Positions 63,907 through 64,000 of a stretch of DNA of 64,000 nt are shown piece by piece (position 1 is the first letter of the stretch; every line of letters starts with the position of its first letter). The notes below the pieces were generated by a model. It was not told the origin of the DNA. It did no database searches and was given only the letters and a program-made list of their open reading frames with translations. This DNA comes from Myxococcota bacterium (GTDB lineage Bacteria; Myxococcota_A; Polyangia; Polyangiales; Sandaracinaceae), in contig JAYZQJ010000014.1 of the NCBI GenBank assembly GCA_036149055.1, positions 32,001 through 96,000 on the forward strand. The letters are read 5' to 3'. The position numbers and the translations under genes are program-made.

Positions 63907-64000
63907 TCACTCGCAGGCGAACGCCGGGATGCAGAGGTCGGTGAAGCAGCCTCCGTCGCCCTCCGGCACGGTGCCCTCGGGGCAGTCCGGAGGCTCGCGC
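63907..64000 (-). CDS. 3' end of a Cys-rich protein (partial)
   Basis: Reads ...REPPDCPEGTVPEGDGGCFTDLCIPAFACE* from the window edge. Confidence 0.6.
   Translation of the reverse strand, partial: REPPDCPEGTVPEGDGGCFTDLCIPAFACE

Overview
Very GC-rich, gene-dense chromosomal window from a myxobacterium. Phylum Myxococcota, probably Polyangiales/Sandaracinaceae-like, is inferred from MYXO-CTERM tails, many Cys-rich lipoproteins, an FHA-type sigma54 activator and a Ser/Thr kinase. About 52 CDS: housekeeping genes (glmS 3' end, lolA, secA, hppA, fabD, bolA-grxD, rdgB-like) mixed with many secreted and surface proteins. No tRNA, rRNA, CRISPR, integrase or transposase was seen. Main signals the ORF track does not explain: (1) a ~340-nt minus-strand non-coding unit at ~5011-5352 with a complete sigma54 promoter layout, UUCG/GNRA hairpins, 14 GCUU repeats and an intrinsic terminator, a candidate new protein-sequestering sRNA; (2) an M23/CWB2 protein whose MYXO-CTERM anchor is internal and followed in frame by a lipoprotein signal; (3) an orphan gene bracketed by a duplication of the neighbouring gene's 3' end; (4) a self-contained kinase/FHA-activator/sigma54 circuit with a candidate target promoter; (5) widespread leaderless-type promoters. 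All family calls come from reading motifs by eye, with no database searches.
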